From Candidatus Moraniibacteriota bacterium (GTDB lineage Bacteria; Patescibacteriota; Minisyncoccia; Moranbacterales; UBA1568), in contig JAAXXG010000004.1 of the NCBI GenBank assembly GCA_013334575.1, forward strand, positions 18,464-82,463: a stretch of DNA of 64,000 nt. The letters are read 5' to 3'. Shown here in pieces: positions 55,411 to 64,000 of this stretch (its first letter is position 1; the number at the start of each line of letters is the position of its first letter). The position numbers and the translations under genes are program-made. The notes under the pieces were generated by a model, which saw only the letters and a list, made by a program, of their open reading frames with translations, did not search any database and had not been told where the DNA came from.

Positions 55411-56001
55411 TTATGCGGTTCGCCGCTCCAGATGGTAAAACGCGTGGATCCGGTCTTCACTTCCGACTTTGCGTAGGAGGGCCGCGACTGCATCACCGTA
55501 CGGACCGAACGCTCCCGGAGTATCCGACGGACGCTTCCGCATCAGGATGGCCTTTTCCAGGTTGATAGAAGTAACGGATATCCGGTCGCGGACGATGAGG
55601 CGCTTCGCGATCTCGACCGTCCCGTCCGGCCGGTAGCATGCCGTTACCAGGTTCTTCTGACTCGAGAACCATGCTTGGGCGCGTGAGCTGCCCAGCTGAT
55701 CGTCCCGGATCCAGAACGGACGAAGCGGCTTTCCGTCTTCCGCACAGACGACGACCGTCCCGTCGTTTCTGATGTGCTCCGCAAAACACAGATTGAGACG
55801 CATCTCGTTGAACTGCGGATCGAGGTAATACTGCCGATTCCGTTCGAGCAGACTCGGGAGGGAAACGATGGCGGAGTCGTGGCTGACTCTGACCAGCGTC
55901 GCCGTTATCCAAGGGAGGCGTTCCGCTATTTTCGAGAGCGTGTCACGGGGGAGCCAGATCGAGATGAACGGCTGGGTCATTTCATTCAGTCTGAGTTGCA
56001 T
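55411..56001 (-). CDS. Hypothetical protein, tandem paralog family member 3
   Basis: TVVVCAEDGKPLRPFW..AWFS..YGDAVAALLRKV; own promoter TTGACC-17-TATCAT; start uncertain. Confidence 0.75.
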   Translation of the reverse strand: MQLRLNEMTQPFISIWLPRDTLSKIAERLPWITATLVRVSHDSAIVSLPSLLERNRQYYLDPQFNEMRLNLCFAEHIRNDGTVVVCAEDGKPLRPFWIRDDQLGSSRAQAWFSSQKNLVTACYRPDGTVEIAKRLIVRDRISVTSINLEKAILMRKRPSDTPGAFGPYGDAVAALLRKVGSEDRIHAFYHLERRTA

Positions 56002-56365
56002 GGCTTTTCTGTTGGCTTGAAGTTTGCGAATCCGATCCCGGAGGCGTTTTCCGGGGTTTTTCGTTTTGTGAAAGGGCGACGTGGCATGATACGATATCGT
56101 CTTTCGTCGGTCAATACCCCCCCGGCGCGCCTTGACGAGCCGTGACGATGCGACGGCGTCTTGGCGGGACAACTCGGCTTTTACGGCGAATTTCCGAATT
56201 TTATGAATAAGGCGGCCATGAGTGATGTAGCATGTGAAAAAGGATGGAGCGGTTCGGCGTATTTGAGCATGCGAGCCCAAAGCGTGCCAGGGAGAAGTGT
56301 CTGACGGCGGACAGGATACGAAAAACCCGGCGATGTTCATGCCGGGCTTCATCGTTTGACGGTTT

Positions 56366-56974
56366 TCAGACTGTCAGGCCGGGTTCTTTTCCACAGGGGT
56401 TGAAGAAGTAGCTCATTCTGTACTTCGGGTACTGTGATTTCGCGATGGCCGCATTTATGGCGTCCCTGAAACATTCGAGATCGGAAGGTAGCGCGTCTCC
56501 GAAACCGAATTCGTGTCTTGATTCCAGCAGATCCGATATGAAGACGGACCGATCTTCTATCACCAGGGAACGCCTTTTGATAATGATTTTCCGTTCTTCG
56601 TACCAGGCGGTCACGGTGTAGGCCGTATTGATGGCGGAGAACCAGCACGTGAGGTAGTCCGGGAGGGGGGACTTGTAGAGAAAATGCGGTCGCAGTTTTC
56701 CGCCTTTCAATCCGCACACGACCGTGGCGCCGCCATCTTTCCGATACCGTTCAGCGATATGCAGTCTGATCTTTTCGCGCGGGAAGCAGTCCGGAAAAAT
56801 GAAGCCGGCCGCTTCTTTCGGCATCCTCCGCAGCGGGACATAGAGGCGGTCTTGGAGCTGCCAAGCCGTCTTTTCGAACGGCGTATCCTTGATGATGTCG
56901 AGGCCATCTTTCGTATCGAGATGAACTGCTACGTACGGCGCGACCATGAAGTACGGTCTTCTGTGTTTTCCCAT
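56366..56974 (-). CDS. Hypothetical protein, tandem paralog family member 4
   Basis: ATVVCGLKGGKLRPHF..CWFS..FRDAINAAIAKS; corresponds to the C-terminal part of track ORF 56366-58867. Confidence 0.75.
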   Translation of the reverse strand: MGKHRRPYFMVAPYVAVHLDTKDGLDIIKDTPFEKTAWQLQDRLYVPLRRMPKEAAGFIFPDCFPREKIRLHIAERYRKDGGATVVCGLKGGKLRPHFLYKSPLPDYLTCWFSAINTAYTVTAWYEERKIIIKRRSLVIEDRSVFISDLLESRHEFGFGDALPSDLECFRDAINAAIAKSQYPKYRMSYFFNPCGKEPGLTV

Positions 56975-57112
56975 GTAGATTGGATCTGTGGCCGATATCC
57001 GGCCGTTGACGTGATGTAAAACAACGGAATGAAAATACAGGAAAACAAGTGGCGTGTCAAGGGTCTTCGAAAAGCCCTGTCGGAATTTTCGATGGGATGG
57101 TACGCTTTTCCT

Positions 57113-58705
57113 ATGACCCAGGATCAGGCCCTCTCCATTCTCAGAACCGGTGCGTCGGTCTTCCTTACGGGGGAGGCCGGTTCCGGCAAGACACATGTCG
57201 TGAACCGGTATGCGGCGTACCTGCGTTCCCGCGGGATCCCGTACGCGATGACCGCCTCGACCGGGATCGCGGCGACGCATATCCGCGGTACCACCATCCA
57301 TTCGTGGAGCGGCGTCGGAGCGAACCGTGACATGAGCGACGAAGGGTTCGAGCAGCTTGTGAAGAACCGGAGGGCCGTACGGCGGATCCGTGAGGCCCGC
57401 GTTCTCGTGATCGACGAGGTGTCGATGCTCGACGCCCGGGTCCTCTCGCTCGTGGAGCGGATGTGTCGCCGAGCGAAGGGATCGACGTCGCTTCCCTTCG
57501 GCGGACTGCAGGTCGTGCTCGTCGGCGACTTCTTCCAGCTGCCGCCGGTCTCGCGCGAGGGCGCCTCGCGGTTCGCGTTCGAGTCGTCCGCCTGGGATGC
57601 GCTTCGTCCGGTCGTCTGCTACCTTCACGAGCAGCACCGGCAGGAGGACCCGGCGTTCCTTTCGGTCCTTTCGGCGATCCGCCGCGACGAGGTCGGCGAG
57701 GAACACCTCGCGCTCGTGCGGGGGCGGATTCTTGGGCGGGACGACGTGCCGGACGAGGATCTGCCAGTACTCTTCTCGCATAACGCGGACGTGGACGGTC
57801 TCAACGCCGCGGCACTCGACCGACTGCCCGGCAGGTCGCGCGTCTTCCTCATGGCCAAGCGCGGACCGGACAAGCCGCTCGAAGCGCTCGTGCGCGGGTG
57901 TCTTTCGCCCGAGCGGCTCGAGCTCAAGGAGGGCGCATCGGTCATGTTCACCAAGAACAATCCGGACGAAGGGTACGTGAACGGGACGCTCGGCACCGTC
58001 ATCGGGTTCGATGCGGCGAAGAAGTTTCCGATCGTCCGGACGCGAGACGGCGAGGCAGTGACGGTCGCTCCTGCGGAGTGGTTGGTCGAGGAGGGCGAGG
58101 AGATCGTCGCGCGAGTGCGTCAGATCCCGCTTCGGCTCGCGTGGTCGATCACGATCCACAAGAGTCAGGGTGTCTCGCTCGATGCGGCGGTCATGGACCT
58201 CTCGCGCGTCTTCGAATACGGGCAGGGGTATGTCGCGCTCTCGCGGGTGCGCACGCTTGCCGGGCTCTCGCTCGTCGGACTTTCCGACCGGGCGTTCGCG
58301 ACGCATCCCTCGGTACGCGAGAAGGACCGCCTGTTCCGCGAGGAAAGCGAGCGTGCCGAACGCGCGTACGGTTCGCGAAGCGAGGAGGAGATACGGAAGG
58401 ACGAGGAGGCGTTCCTGGTCCTGTGCGGGGTGTCCGGGAAAAAAGAAGGCGGTCCGCACGGCCGCGCGAAGGGAACCGCGAAGAAGGGAAATGGAAAACG
58501 GAAAGCCGCCGGTGCGGGCGGCGGGTTCGACGAGATACGGAAGAAGCATCCCAAGGCGTATATGCCGTGGAAGGAAGACGAGGACAAATGGCTCCGAAGG
58601 CTTTTCCAAGGCGGCGCCGATGTGAAATCCATCGCCGAAGCGCTCGGCCGACAGCCGGGGAGTATCCGCGCGCGGATGAGGAAGCTCGGGCTGGAGGGAG
58701 ACTGA
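57113..58705 (+). CDS. PIF1-family SF1B DNA helicase with C-terminal Myb/HTH-like domain
   Basis: TGEAGSGKT, TASTGIAA, TIHSWSG, DEVSM, GDFFQLPPV, QIPLRLAWSITIHKSQG, GQGYVALSR; tail AYMPW..DED..L..GRQPGSIRAR. Confidence 0.93.
   Translation: MTQDQALSILRTGASVFLTGEAGSGKTHVVNRYAAYLRSRGIPYAMTASTGIAATHIRGTTIHSWSGVGANRDMSDEGFEQLVKNRRAVRRIREARVLVIDEVSMLDARVLSLVERMCRRAKGSTSLPFGGLQVVLVGDFFQLPPVSREGASRFAFESSAWDALRPVVCYLHEQHRQEDPAFLSVLSAIRRDEVGEEHLALVRGRILGRDDVPDEDLPVLFSHNADVDGLNAAALDRLPGRSRVFLMAKRGPDKPLEALVRGCLSPERLELKEGASVMFTKNNPDEGYVNGTLGTVIGFDAAKKFPIVRTRDGEAVTVAPAEWLVEEGEEIVARVRQIPLRLAWSITIHKSQGVSLDAAVMDLSRVFEYGQGYVALSRVRTLAGLSLVGLSDRAFATHPSVREKDRLFREESERAERAYGSRSEEEIRKDEEAFLVLCGVSGKKEGGPHGRAKGTAKKGNGKRKAAGAGGGFDEIRKKHPKAYMPWKEDEDKWLRRLFQGGADVKSIAEALGRQPGSIRARMRKLGLEGD
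58643..58694 (+). repeat. 52-bp helicase 3'-end repeat, copy 1 (in the gene)
   Basis: Core ATCCGCGC.CGGATGAGGAAGCTCGGGCTGG shared by three copies. Confidence 0.9.
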
Positions 58706-58790
58706 CGATCCTGTTCGCAGCGTTTGTCTTCCTGATGGCCGTGTCGTATCATAGTATATGAAAGAACGGTAAACAAAGAATCGCATCGCT

Positions 58791-59639
58791 ATGGAATCCC
58801 TTATTCCGTTTGAAGAAGAGCGGATCCGGAAGGTCTGGCATAGAGAGAGGTGGTTCTTCTCGGTCATCGATATCGTCGCGGTTCTGACCGATCAGACGGA
58901 TTTCAAGAAGGCCAAAAGTTACTGGACGACCCTGAAAAGCAGGCTCAAGAAGGAGGGAAGTGAAGTGGTCACAAAATGTGACCGGTTGAAGCTCGTCGCC
59001 CGAGACGGTAAGATGCGTGAAACGGACGTCGCCGATATCGAAATCCTGCTCCGGCTCATCCAGTCTGTTCCGTCGCCGAAGGCGGAACCGCTCAAACTCT
59101 GGCTGGCGCGCGTCGGGACCGAGCGGATCGCCGAGATCCGGGACCCGTCACAAGGCATCGACCGGGCGCGGGATTTGTGGAAGAAATACGGCCGGAGCGA
59201 GAAATGGATCCGGCAACGGATGATGGGACAGGAGACGCGAAACCGGTTGACCGACTACTGGAAGGACCACGATGTGCAGGAAGGTGACGAGTACGCCATT
59301 TTGACGAATATCATCCACGAGGAGTGGTCCGGGCTCGGTGTCCGGGAACACAAAGCGCTCAAGAAGCTGGACACCGCGCATAATCTTCGCGACCACATGA
59401 ACGAAGCGGAGCTCGTCCTGACGGCGCTTGCGGAGTTGTCAACGCGGCAGATCGCCGAGAGTACGGGTGCGACCGGATTCTCGGAGAATACGGTTCCGGC
59501 CCGGAAAGGCGGACGCATCGCGAAAAACGCCCGTCTCGAACTGGAATCGAAGACCGGGAAGCGTGTCGTCTCCGGAGAGAACTTTCTCCCGCCGATGAAA
59601 ACCGGAAAAGAAAAGAGATTGAGGTCGGAAAAGAAATAG
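58791..59639 (+). CDS. BRO-N domain protein (phage antirepressor-like)
   Basis: IRKVW....WFFSVIDIV..LT, DGKMRETD, RLIQSVPSPKAEP.K.WLA.VG.ERI, NLRDHM..AEL..L.E.ST. Confidence 0.88.
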   Translation: MESLIPFEEERIRKVWHRERWFFSVIDIVAVLTDQTDFKKAKSYWTTLKSRLKKEGSEVVTKCDRLKLVARDGKMRETDVADIEILLRLIQSVPSPKAEPLKLWLARVGTERIAEIRDPSQGIDRARDLWKKYGRSEKWIRQRMMGQETRNRLTDYWKDHDVQEGDEYAILTNIIHEEWSGLGVREHKALKKLDTAHNLRDHMNEAELVLTALAELSTRQIAESTGATGFSENTVPARKGGRIAKNARLELESKTGKRVVSGENFLPPMKTGKEKRLRSEKK

Positions 59640-59665
59640 AACATGCATGGTGCATCACAAAGACC

Positions 59666-59760
59666 CTCGGCCGTCAGCCCGGAAGCATCCGCGCGCGGAT
59701 GAGGAAGCTCGGGCTGGCATGAAGAAAGAGGCTCTCGCGAGAAGAGCCTCTTTTTTCTTT
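59666..59760 (+). repeat. Helicase 3'-end repeat copy 2 plus stop codon and terminator
   Basis: 59666-59717 matches 58643-58694, then CATGA and hairpin AAAGAGGCTCT..AGAGCCTCTTTTTT. Confidence 0.9.
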
Positions 59761-59775
59761 GTGCCGATACGGCGG

Positions 59776-60645
59776 TCACCCTTTCATGACGTCGATCACG
59801 GTGAAGTAGGTGTCGGGTGGTTCGTTCGTGAAGTCGTTGTACTGCGTCTCCTCGATCTTTTTCATGAGAAAATCGATGCAAGGAATCGTCCCGTCGACAT
59901 AGGTCTGTCGGCCGTTCACGTTGTGCGTAAACTCGAGCGTGACGCTGCCGTCCGGTGATACCAGGCGGTAGGTGTGCCAGCCATGGCCGTCGAGATATTT
60001 CGGCAGGATGCCCATCGCGAGCTGTGCCATGCGGTTTCTGATCGCCTTGATCGAATCTTCGCCGCGATAGTTGACGCCGAGCCGTCCGAGGAGCTCGCCC
60101 ACCTTCTGCGCCGTCCCGCTCTTGTCCTTCTTTCCGGCCTGGTGGCTTTCGACGATCTCGAGTGAGAAGCCCTTGAGCGTGTCCGGATAGGTTGTCGCCG
60201 CGTGCTCGAACATCGAGAGCAGGAGAACGATCGCCGGGGACATGTTGGGTGAGATGACGGCCGGAACCCCGGATTGCCTGACGGTACGTTCCAGGGCCTC
60301 GCGATCGCCACCGGTCGTGCCCATGACGAACGGGATGCCGACCTTGCAGAACAGTTCGGCGTTTTCGTTCACCGCCGACGGGACGGAATAGTCCACGATG
60401 ATAAGTTCGTCGTAGCGTTTTTTCAGCTCGCGGAGTTTCGCCTCGCGGCCATCCGGGCCGATCGTCTTGAAGACGGTCTTCTTGTCTGCCGATGACCGTA
60501 CCGATACCGTCTTCGTCGTCGTATCCGGACCGACGAGCGCGTACCGGATGACGGCGTAGCGGTCATCGTTGAGTAATGCCTGTGTCACCTGTGTCGCCAT
60601 TTCTCCTGGCAGGCCGGAAATGAGGATAGACTGTTTTAGTTCCAT
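59776..60645 (-). CDS. dapB: 4-hydroxy-tetrahydrodipicolinate reductase, plant-like form
   Basis: GLPGEMA, VDYSVPSAVNENA, PFVMGTTGGDR, VISPNM, ESHQAGKKDKSGTA, GHGWHTY. Confidence 0.85.
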   Translation of the reverse strand: MELKQSILISGLPGEMATQVTQALLNDDRYAVIRYALVGPDTTTKTVSVRSSADKKTVFKTIGPDGREAKLRELKKRYDELIIVDYSVPSAVNENAELFCKVGIPFVMGTTGGDREALERTVRQSGVPAVISPNMSPAIVLLLSMFEHAATTYPDTLKGFSLEIVESHQAGKKDKSGTAQKVGELLGRLGVNYRGEDSIKAIRNRMAQLAMGILPKYLDGHGWHTYRLVSPDGSVTLEFTHNVNGRQTYVDGTIPCIDFLMKKIEETQYNDFTNEPPDTYFTVIDVMKG

Positions 60646-60742
60646 GATATGCATGATTTGGCGTTGAAGAATTGCTGCTTGTGAAGAATACGAATACGGT
60701 AGCCTATCAGGGTCGGGCGAGACCGTCAATCACACCGCTGTC

Positions 60743-60832
60743 CTTAGTCGCTGACCCAGGAGCATCCGCGCACGGATGAGGAAGCTCGGGCTGGAATGAA
60801 GAAAGGGATCCTCTTGGAGAATCCCTTCTTTC
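60743..60832 (+). repeat. Helicase 3'-end repeat copy 3 plus stop codon and terminator
   Basis: 60743-60794 matches the other copies (more decayed), then AATGA and hairpin AAAGGGAT..ATCCCTT. Confidence 0.88.
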
Positions 60833-60849
60833 GTGATGATGCACGGTTT

Positions 60850-61458
60850 TCAGTTTTTCCTGAAGCCTTCCGGAAGGCAAATATTTCGGTAGTACAGGGA
60901 CGCGTACGTCCCATAGTCCTGTTCGGACGGGATTATGACTCGGTTTATTTTTCGAGCAAGAGGAAGTATCGGTTCTGATTTTGACCGCGAGCCGTTTTTC
61001 CAGCAGATTGCTACAGTATCAGAGATGCTTCGGGGAGTCATGATCATGCCGAGCTCCATTCTTCCGTTAGATTGATTCCTCCGGATCAGAAGGGAGCCTT
61101 TCGGCGCATTCGATATCTGAGATTCGTTGGCTATGTTGCGGAAGCTTCTATCCAGAGCCTCGTACGCTTCTTCTCCGGGGAGGTACAGAAAATCTGTCTT
61201 GTAGGAGAGGCTGGCGATTCCGATTTTGTGCAGCGTACCGTCAGCGGTATAGACGGAAAGACTGTCGCGATCGGCGGATTTCGACTCGATTCTCAGACAC
61301 GTTTTCTCTTTGGTGATAATATAGGATCCGATCGGAATATTCTTCAGTTTACGTTGGAATTCTTCCGCGCCATCCAGTGGGTTGGTTGTTTTTACGTACG
61401 CGGCAAAAAGAAAGAGAGTGATACCGAGAATCATCCCGACAAGCGTGAATTTGCGCAT
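60850..61458 (-). CDS. Hypothetical exported protein with two weak internal repeats
   Basis: N-terminal TM; NIPIGSYII vs NAPKGSLLI and LPGEEAY vs IPSEQDY; promoter TTGACG-17-TATAAT. Confidence 0.6.
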   Translation of the reverse strand: MRKFTLVGMILGITLFLFAAYVKTTNPLDGAEEFQRKLKNIPIGSYIITKEKTCLRIESKSADRDSLSVYTADGTLHKIGIASLSYKTDFLYLPGEEAYEALDRSFRNIANESQISNAPKGSLLIRRNQSNGRMELGMIMTPRSISDTVAICWKNGSRSKSEPILPLARKINRVIIPSEQDYGTYASLYYRNICLPEGFRKN

Positions 61459-61716
61459 GAGTAAACCCGTTTCCGGGCCCTGGTTGAGGTTGGTGATGTG
61501 AAGACTACTATGGCATTCTATTATAGCAGAAAAGAGCCGCATCGTCAACCGTCAGGAAAGGGCTTGGATGAGGCGAAATAGGGAGAAGTAACTTTTGATG
61601 TGTTCAAATATGCACGGCATATGTTTTCTGGTGCAGCAAGCTTTGTGGCTTGATTGGGGCTTTACAAAGGGGTTTTTCGGCGTATAGTGAAGGGAGAAAC
61701 TATTCTTGAACTTCCT

Positions 61717-62742
61717 ATGGAGCGCACCGAACTTCTCAAGAAGATAGAACAACTTCGCGGATCGAAGGCTATCTCGTATGTGACGAGCGATCGGCAGGGT
61801 CCGGTGAATGCACGCATTGCGATGGATATCATCCCGTATATGAGCGAGCAGTTGCGCTCGATCGGCAAGGTTCCGAAGATCGACCTCGTCCTGTTCAGCG
61901 CGGGTGGGGACACGATGGTGCCGTGGCGGCTCGTCTCGATGATCCGTGAGTACTGCGATACCTTCTCGGTTCTCGTGCCGTACAAGGCACACAGCGCGGC
62001 GACGATGATTTCGCTCGGGGCCGACGAGATCGTGATGACCGATATGGGTGAACTGACCCCGATCGATCCCTCGACGGCGAACCCCTTCAATCCCTCCGAT
62101 CCGCAGAATGTTCAGAATAAGATTCCGATCTCCGTTGAGGAGGTGATGGCATACTTCGATCTCGCGAAGAACCGCGTCGGCATTACCGAGGAGGCCGAAC
62201 TGACGAAGGTCTTCAATAAGCTCACGGAGAGCACTCCGTCCGTCCATCCGCTCGCGCTCGGGAACGTGAACCGTACCTACAAGCTCATCCGCATCCTCGC
62301 GAAGCGGCTTCTTGGGAGCCATCGCGAGCCGCTCGGAGAATCCGAGATAGAGATGATCATAGACGCTCTGACCGAGAAACTCTATTCGCATCAGTACGTG
62401 ATAGGTCGCCGCGAGGCCAAGGAAGACCTCGGTATCAAAAGCGTTTCGTACGCCGATGATGAACTCGCCTCGCTTCTCGCCTCGCTGTATGAGTCCTATC
62501 GTGATTCGATGGGCCTTCATGGACAGTGGAATCCCGAGGCCGAAGTCGGCGAGTTCCGCGCCGAGAATAAAAAGGACTACGTCATTGCCGCAATCGAGAG
62601 TGCCGGTAAGTCGAACCGGTTCGAGATCCGTATGGAGTTCAAGAAGACCCAGCAGGTCGTTCCGCAGCAGACCCCGCAGGGGATCGTGAACGTCCAGCAG
62701 GAGCAGGTCTCGTTCCGTATCGTCAATCAGGGGTGGAAGTAA
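61717..62742 (+). CDS. ClpP-class serine protease (SDH_sah / S49-like)
   Basis: IDLVLFSAGGD, VLVPYKAHSAATMISLGADEIVM..GELTPIDP, LYSH.Y.I.R.EA..LG. Confidence 0.88.
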   Translation: MERTELLKKIEQLRGSKAISYVTSDRQGPVNARIAMDIIPYMSEQLRSIGKVPKIDLVLFSAGGDTMVPWRLVSMIREYCDTFSVLVPYKAHSAATMISLGADEIVMTDMGELTPIDPSTANPFNPSDPQNVQNKIPISVEEVMAYFDLAKNRVGITEEAELTKVFNKLTESTPSVHPLALGNVNRTYKLIRILAKRLLGSHREPLGESEIEMIIDALTEKLYSHQYVIGRREAKEDLGIKSVSYADDELASLLASLYESYRDSMGLHGQWNPEAEVGEFRAENKKDYVIAAIESAGKSNRFEIRMEFKKTQQVVPQQTPQGIVNVQQEQVSFRIVNQGWK

Positions 62743-62755
62743 GGAAGGTGTTCGT

Positions 62756-63298
62756 ATGATCGAAGAGATGGCGTATTCTTATTCTGGTCTAGAAGAAGGG
62801 CTTTCCACAGGCGTTGTTCCTGAATCTTTTCGGAGTTCCTGGCAGAATTCTTTAGTAGGTGTAGAAAAAATTGCGACTGAAAACGATGATCCAGATAAAA
62901 GCATACTAGCAAAGTATCAGTTAAAGCAGAAATCAGAAATAGACAGCTTAGTGAAACAAGTAAGAGAGTCTCTGGATGAAATAAAAGAGAAAGAAAATGA
63001 TTTTGATAAAGAATTAAAACGGCATAAGTCAGATTTAGGTAATACAAACAATTTCTTAGTTGGCGTCGTTGTCGCTGTTGTTTTATTTTTTGTGACGACA
63101 CTAACGACGGTATTCTGGGAATTGATACTCTCAAATAAAGCAACAAGCGAGCTGAACCTTCAGTACAATCAGAATTATAAGAATTATTCAGACCGGATTA
63201 TTTCTCAGAAGGATGAAATTGATTCTCTGCAAAGGGAAGTTGATGCTACGAGAAATGAAATTCAGCGCTTGCGAGATAGAAATCAATATCTGAAGTGA
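62756..63298 (+). CDS. Hypothetical coiled-coil membrane protein, AT-rich
   Basis: Coiled coil, TM, coiled coil; lower GC than the flanks. Confidence 0.65.
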   Translation: MIEEMAYSYSGLEEGLSTGVVPESFRSSWQNSLVGVEKIATENDDPDKSILAKYQLKQKSEIDSLVKQVRESLDEIKEKENDFDKELKRHKSDLGNTNNFLVGVVVAVVLFFVTTLTTVFWELILSNKATSELNLQYNQNYKNYSDRIISQKDEIDSLQREVDATRNEIQRLRDRNQYLK

Positions 63299-63398
63299 TT
63301 TTTTCCTTTGTAAATTCATGATCGACCTTAAGCAACAGACCATCGAGACATACGAGCGGGCTACGCGGGAGATGGTGCGCGAGTGAACTCATTTTTCT

Positions 63399-63643
63399 GT
63401 CATTCCGGACTTGATCCGGAATCTACGGCTTCCGTTCAGATGCGTTTTTTGGTCTGATTTACTACCATATTACGTAATATGGTAGTACTGGGTTGGAATC
63501 GAATGTGGGGTATTTTTTGGATGGCGCGGGCGGTTGTCGTTTTTCGTCAGGAATGACGAACCCCTCGCAATGTTGGAAAAGAGTGAAGATTTTGTTTGCA
63601 GTAAAACTTATCGTCCTGGATCCCGGGTCAAGCCCGGGATGAC
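63399..63643. repeat. Inverted pair of REP-like palindromes flanking a spacer with a perfect 28-bp palindrome
   Basis: GTCATTCCGGACTTGATCCGGAATC (63399-63423) and the reverse complement GTCATCCCGGGCTTGACCCGGGATCC (63618-63643); palindrome at 63460-63487. Confidence 0.75.
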
Positions 63644-63696
63644 GGGGTTGTATGATTCATATATGCTGTTGGAGTGAAACGAAAAACGTAGAACAT

Positions 63697-64000
63697 ATGC
63701 TGCTACTGACAACGCTTCTCGAAACGTTCCTGCTCGGGCTGGTGGGCGGGGCGGTGCCCGGGCCGATGATGGCGTCGGTCTTCGCCGAGGTGCTCGGGCG
63801 CGGGTTCGCGCGGAGTCTGCGCGTCGTCTTTCGTGCGCTCGTCGCCGAATCGCTCGTCGCGCTCATTGTACTTCTGGTCTTCTCCGGACTGTCCGTTCCC
63901 GAGTCGGCGTTCCATCTCGTCTCGATCGCCGGGGCGGGCGTGCTCTTGTGGCTCGCCTTTCAGGTCTGGCATATATCGTCGGTGCCCGAGGAAGGTGGCG
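63697..64000 (+). CDS. LysE-family translocator (runs off the window end)
   Basis: MLLLTTLLETFLLGLVGGAVPGPMMASVFAEVLGRGF..; PGP motif followed by TM helices. Confidence 0.8.
   Translation, partial: MLLLTTLLETFLLGLVGGAVPGPMMASVFAEVLGRGFARSLRVVFRALVAESLVALIVLLVFSGLSVPESAFHLVSIAGAGVLLWLAFQVWHISSVPEEGG

Noticed and set aside
54009-56974. Diversity-generating retroelement or integron as the source of the paralog array
   Set aside because: No reverse transcriptase or integron integrase, no near-identical template/variable repeat pair and no recognisable attC sites.
56975-58867. N-terminal ~630 aa of the 833-aa minus-strand ORF
   Set aside because: Antisense to the PIF1 helicase; only the last ~200 codons (from ATG 56974) are a plausible gene.
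58791-59639. BRO-N gene as evidence of a prophage
   Set aside because: No structural, terminase, integrase or replication genes nearby; stand-alone BRO genes are common.

Overview
A GC-rich chromosomal window that looks like a Patescibacteria (CPR) genome, possibly Moranbacteria-like. This is inferred from the TrbC/VirB2-type pilin cluster, the DUF4446, DUF4012 and TrmB genes, the short IF-2 and ThrRS, the half-size TsaB, rpoBC without flanking ribosomal-protein genes, and the near absence of Shine-Dalgarno motifs. Housekeeping genes (cca, infB, nusA, ppa, tig, clpP, gpmI, rny, hup, thrS, rpoB, rpoC) and four tRNAs (Ser-CGA, Pro-TGG, Gly-TCC, Gly-CCC) alternate with accessory cassettes, many with their own promoters. 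The most unusual signal is non-coding: three of the four tRNAs are accompanied by partial 'shadow' copies. Two shadows, of unrelated tRNAs 15.6 kb apart, carry the same 37-nt double-hairpin insertion at the same T-loop position, with compensatory base changes. The intact tRNA-Pro is nested inside a split copy of itself. Other highlights: a triplicated 3' end of a PIF1 helicase that brackets two captured genes, a four-member array of an unrecognised protein family, a pilin fused to beta-defensin-like Cys motifs, a CsoSCA-like carbonic anhydrase near a SulP transporter, and orphan plant-type ilvC and dapB. No CRISPR array, rRNA, integrase or transposase was seen. All calls come from reading motifs by eye; no searches were run.
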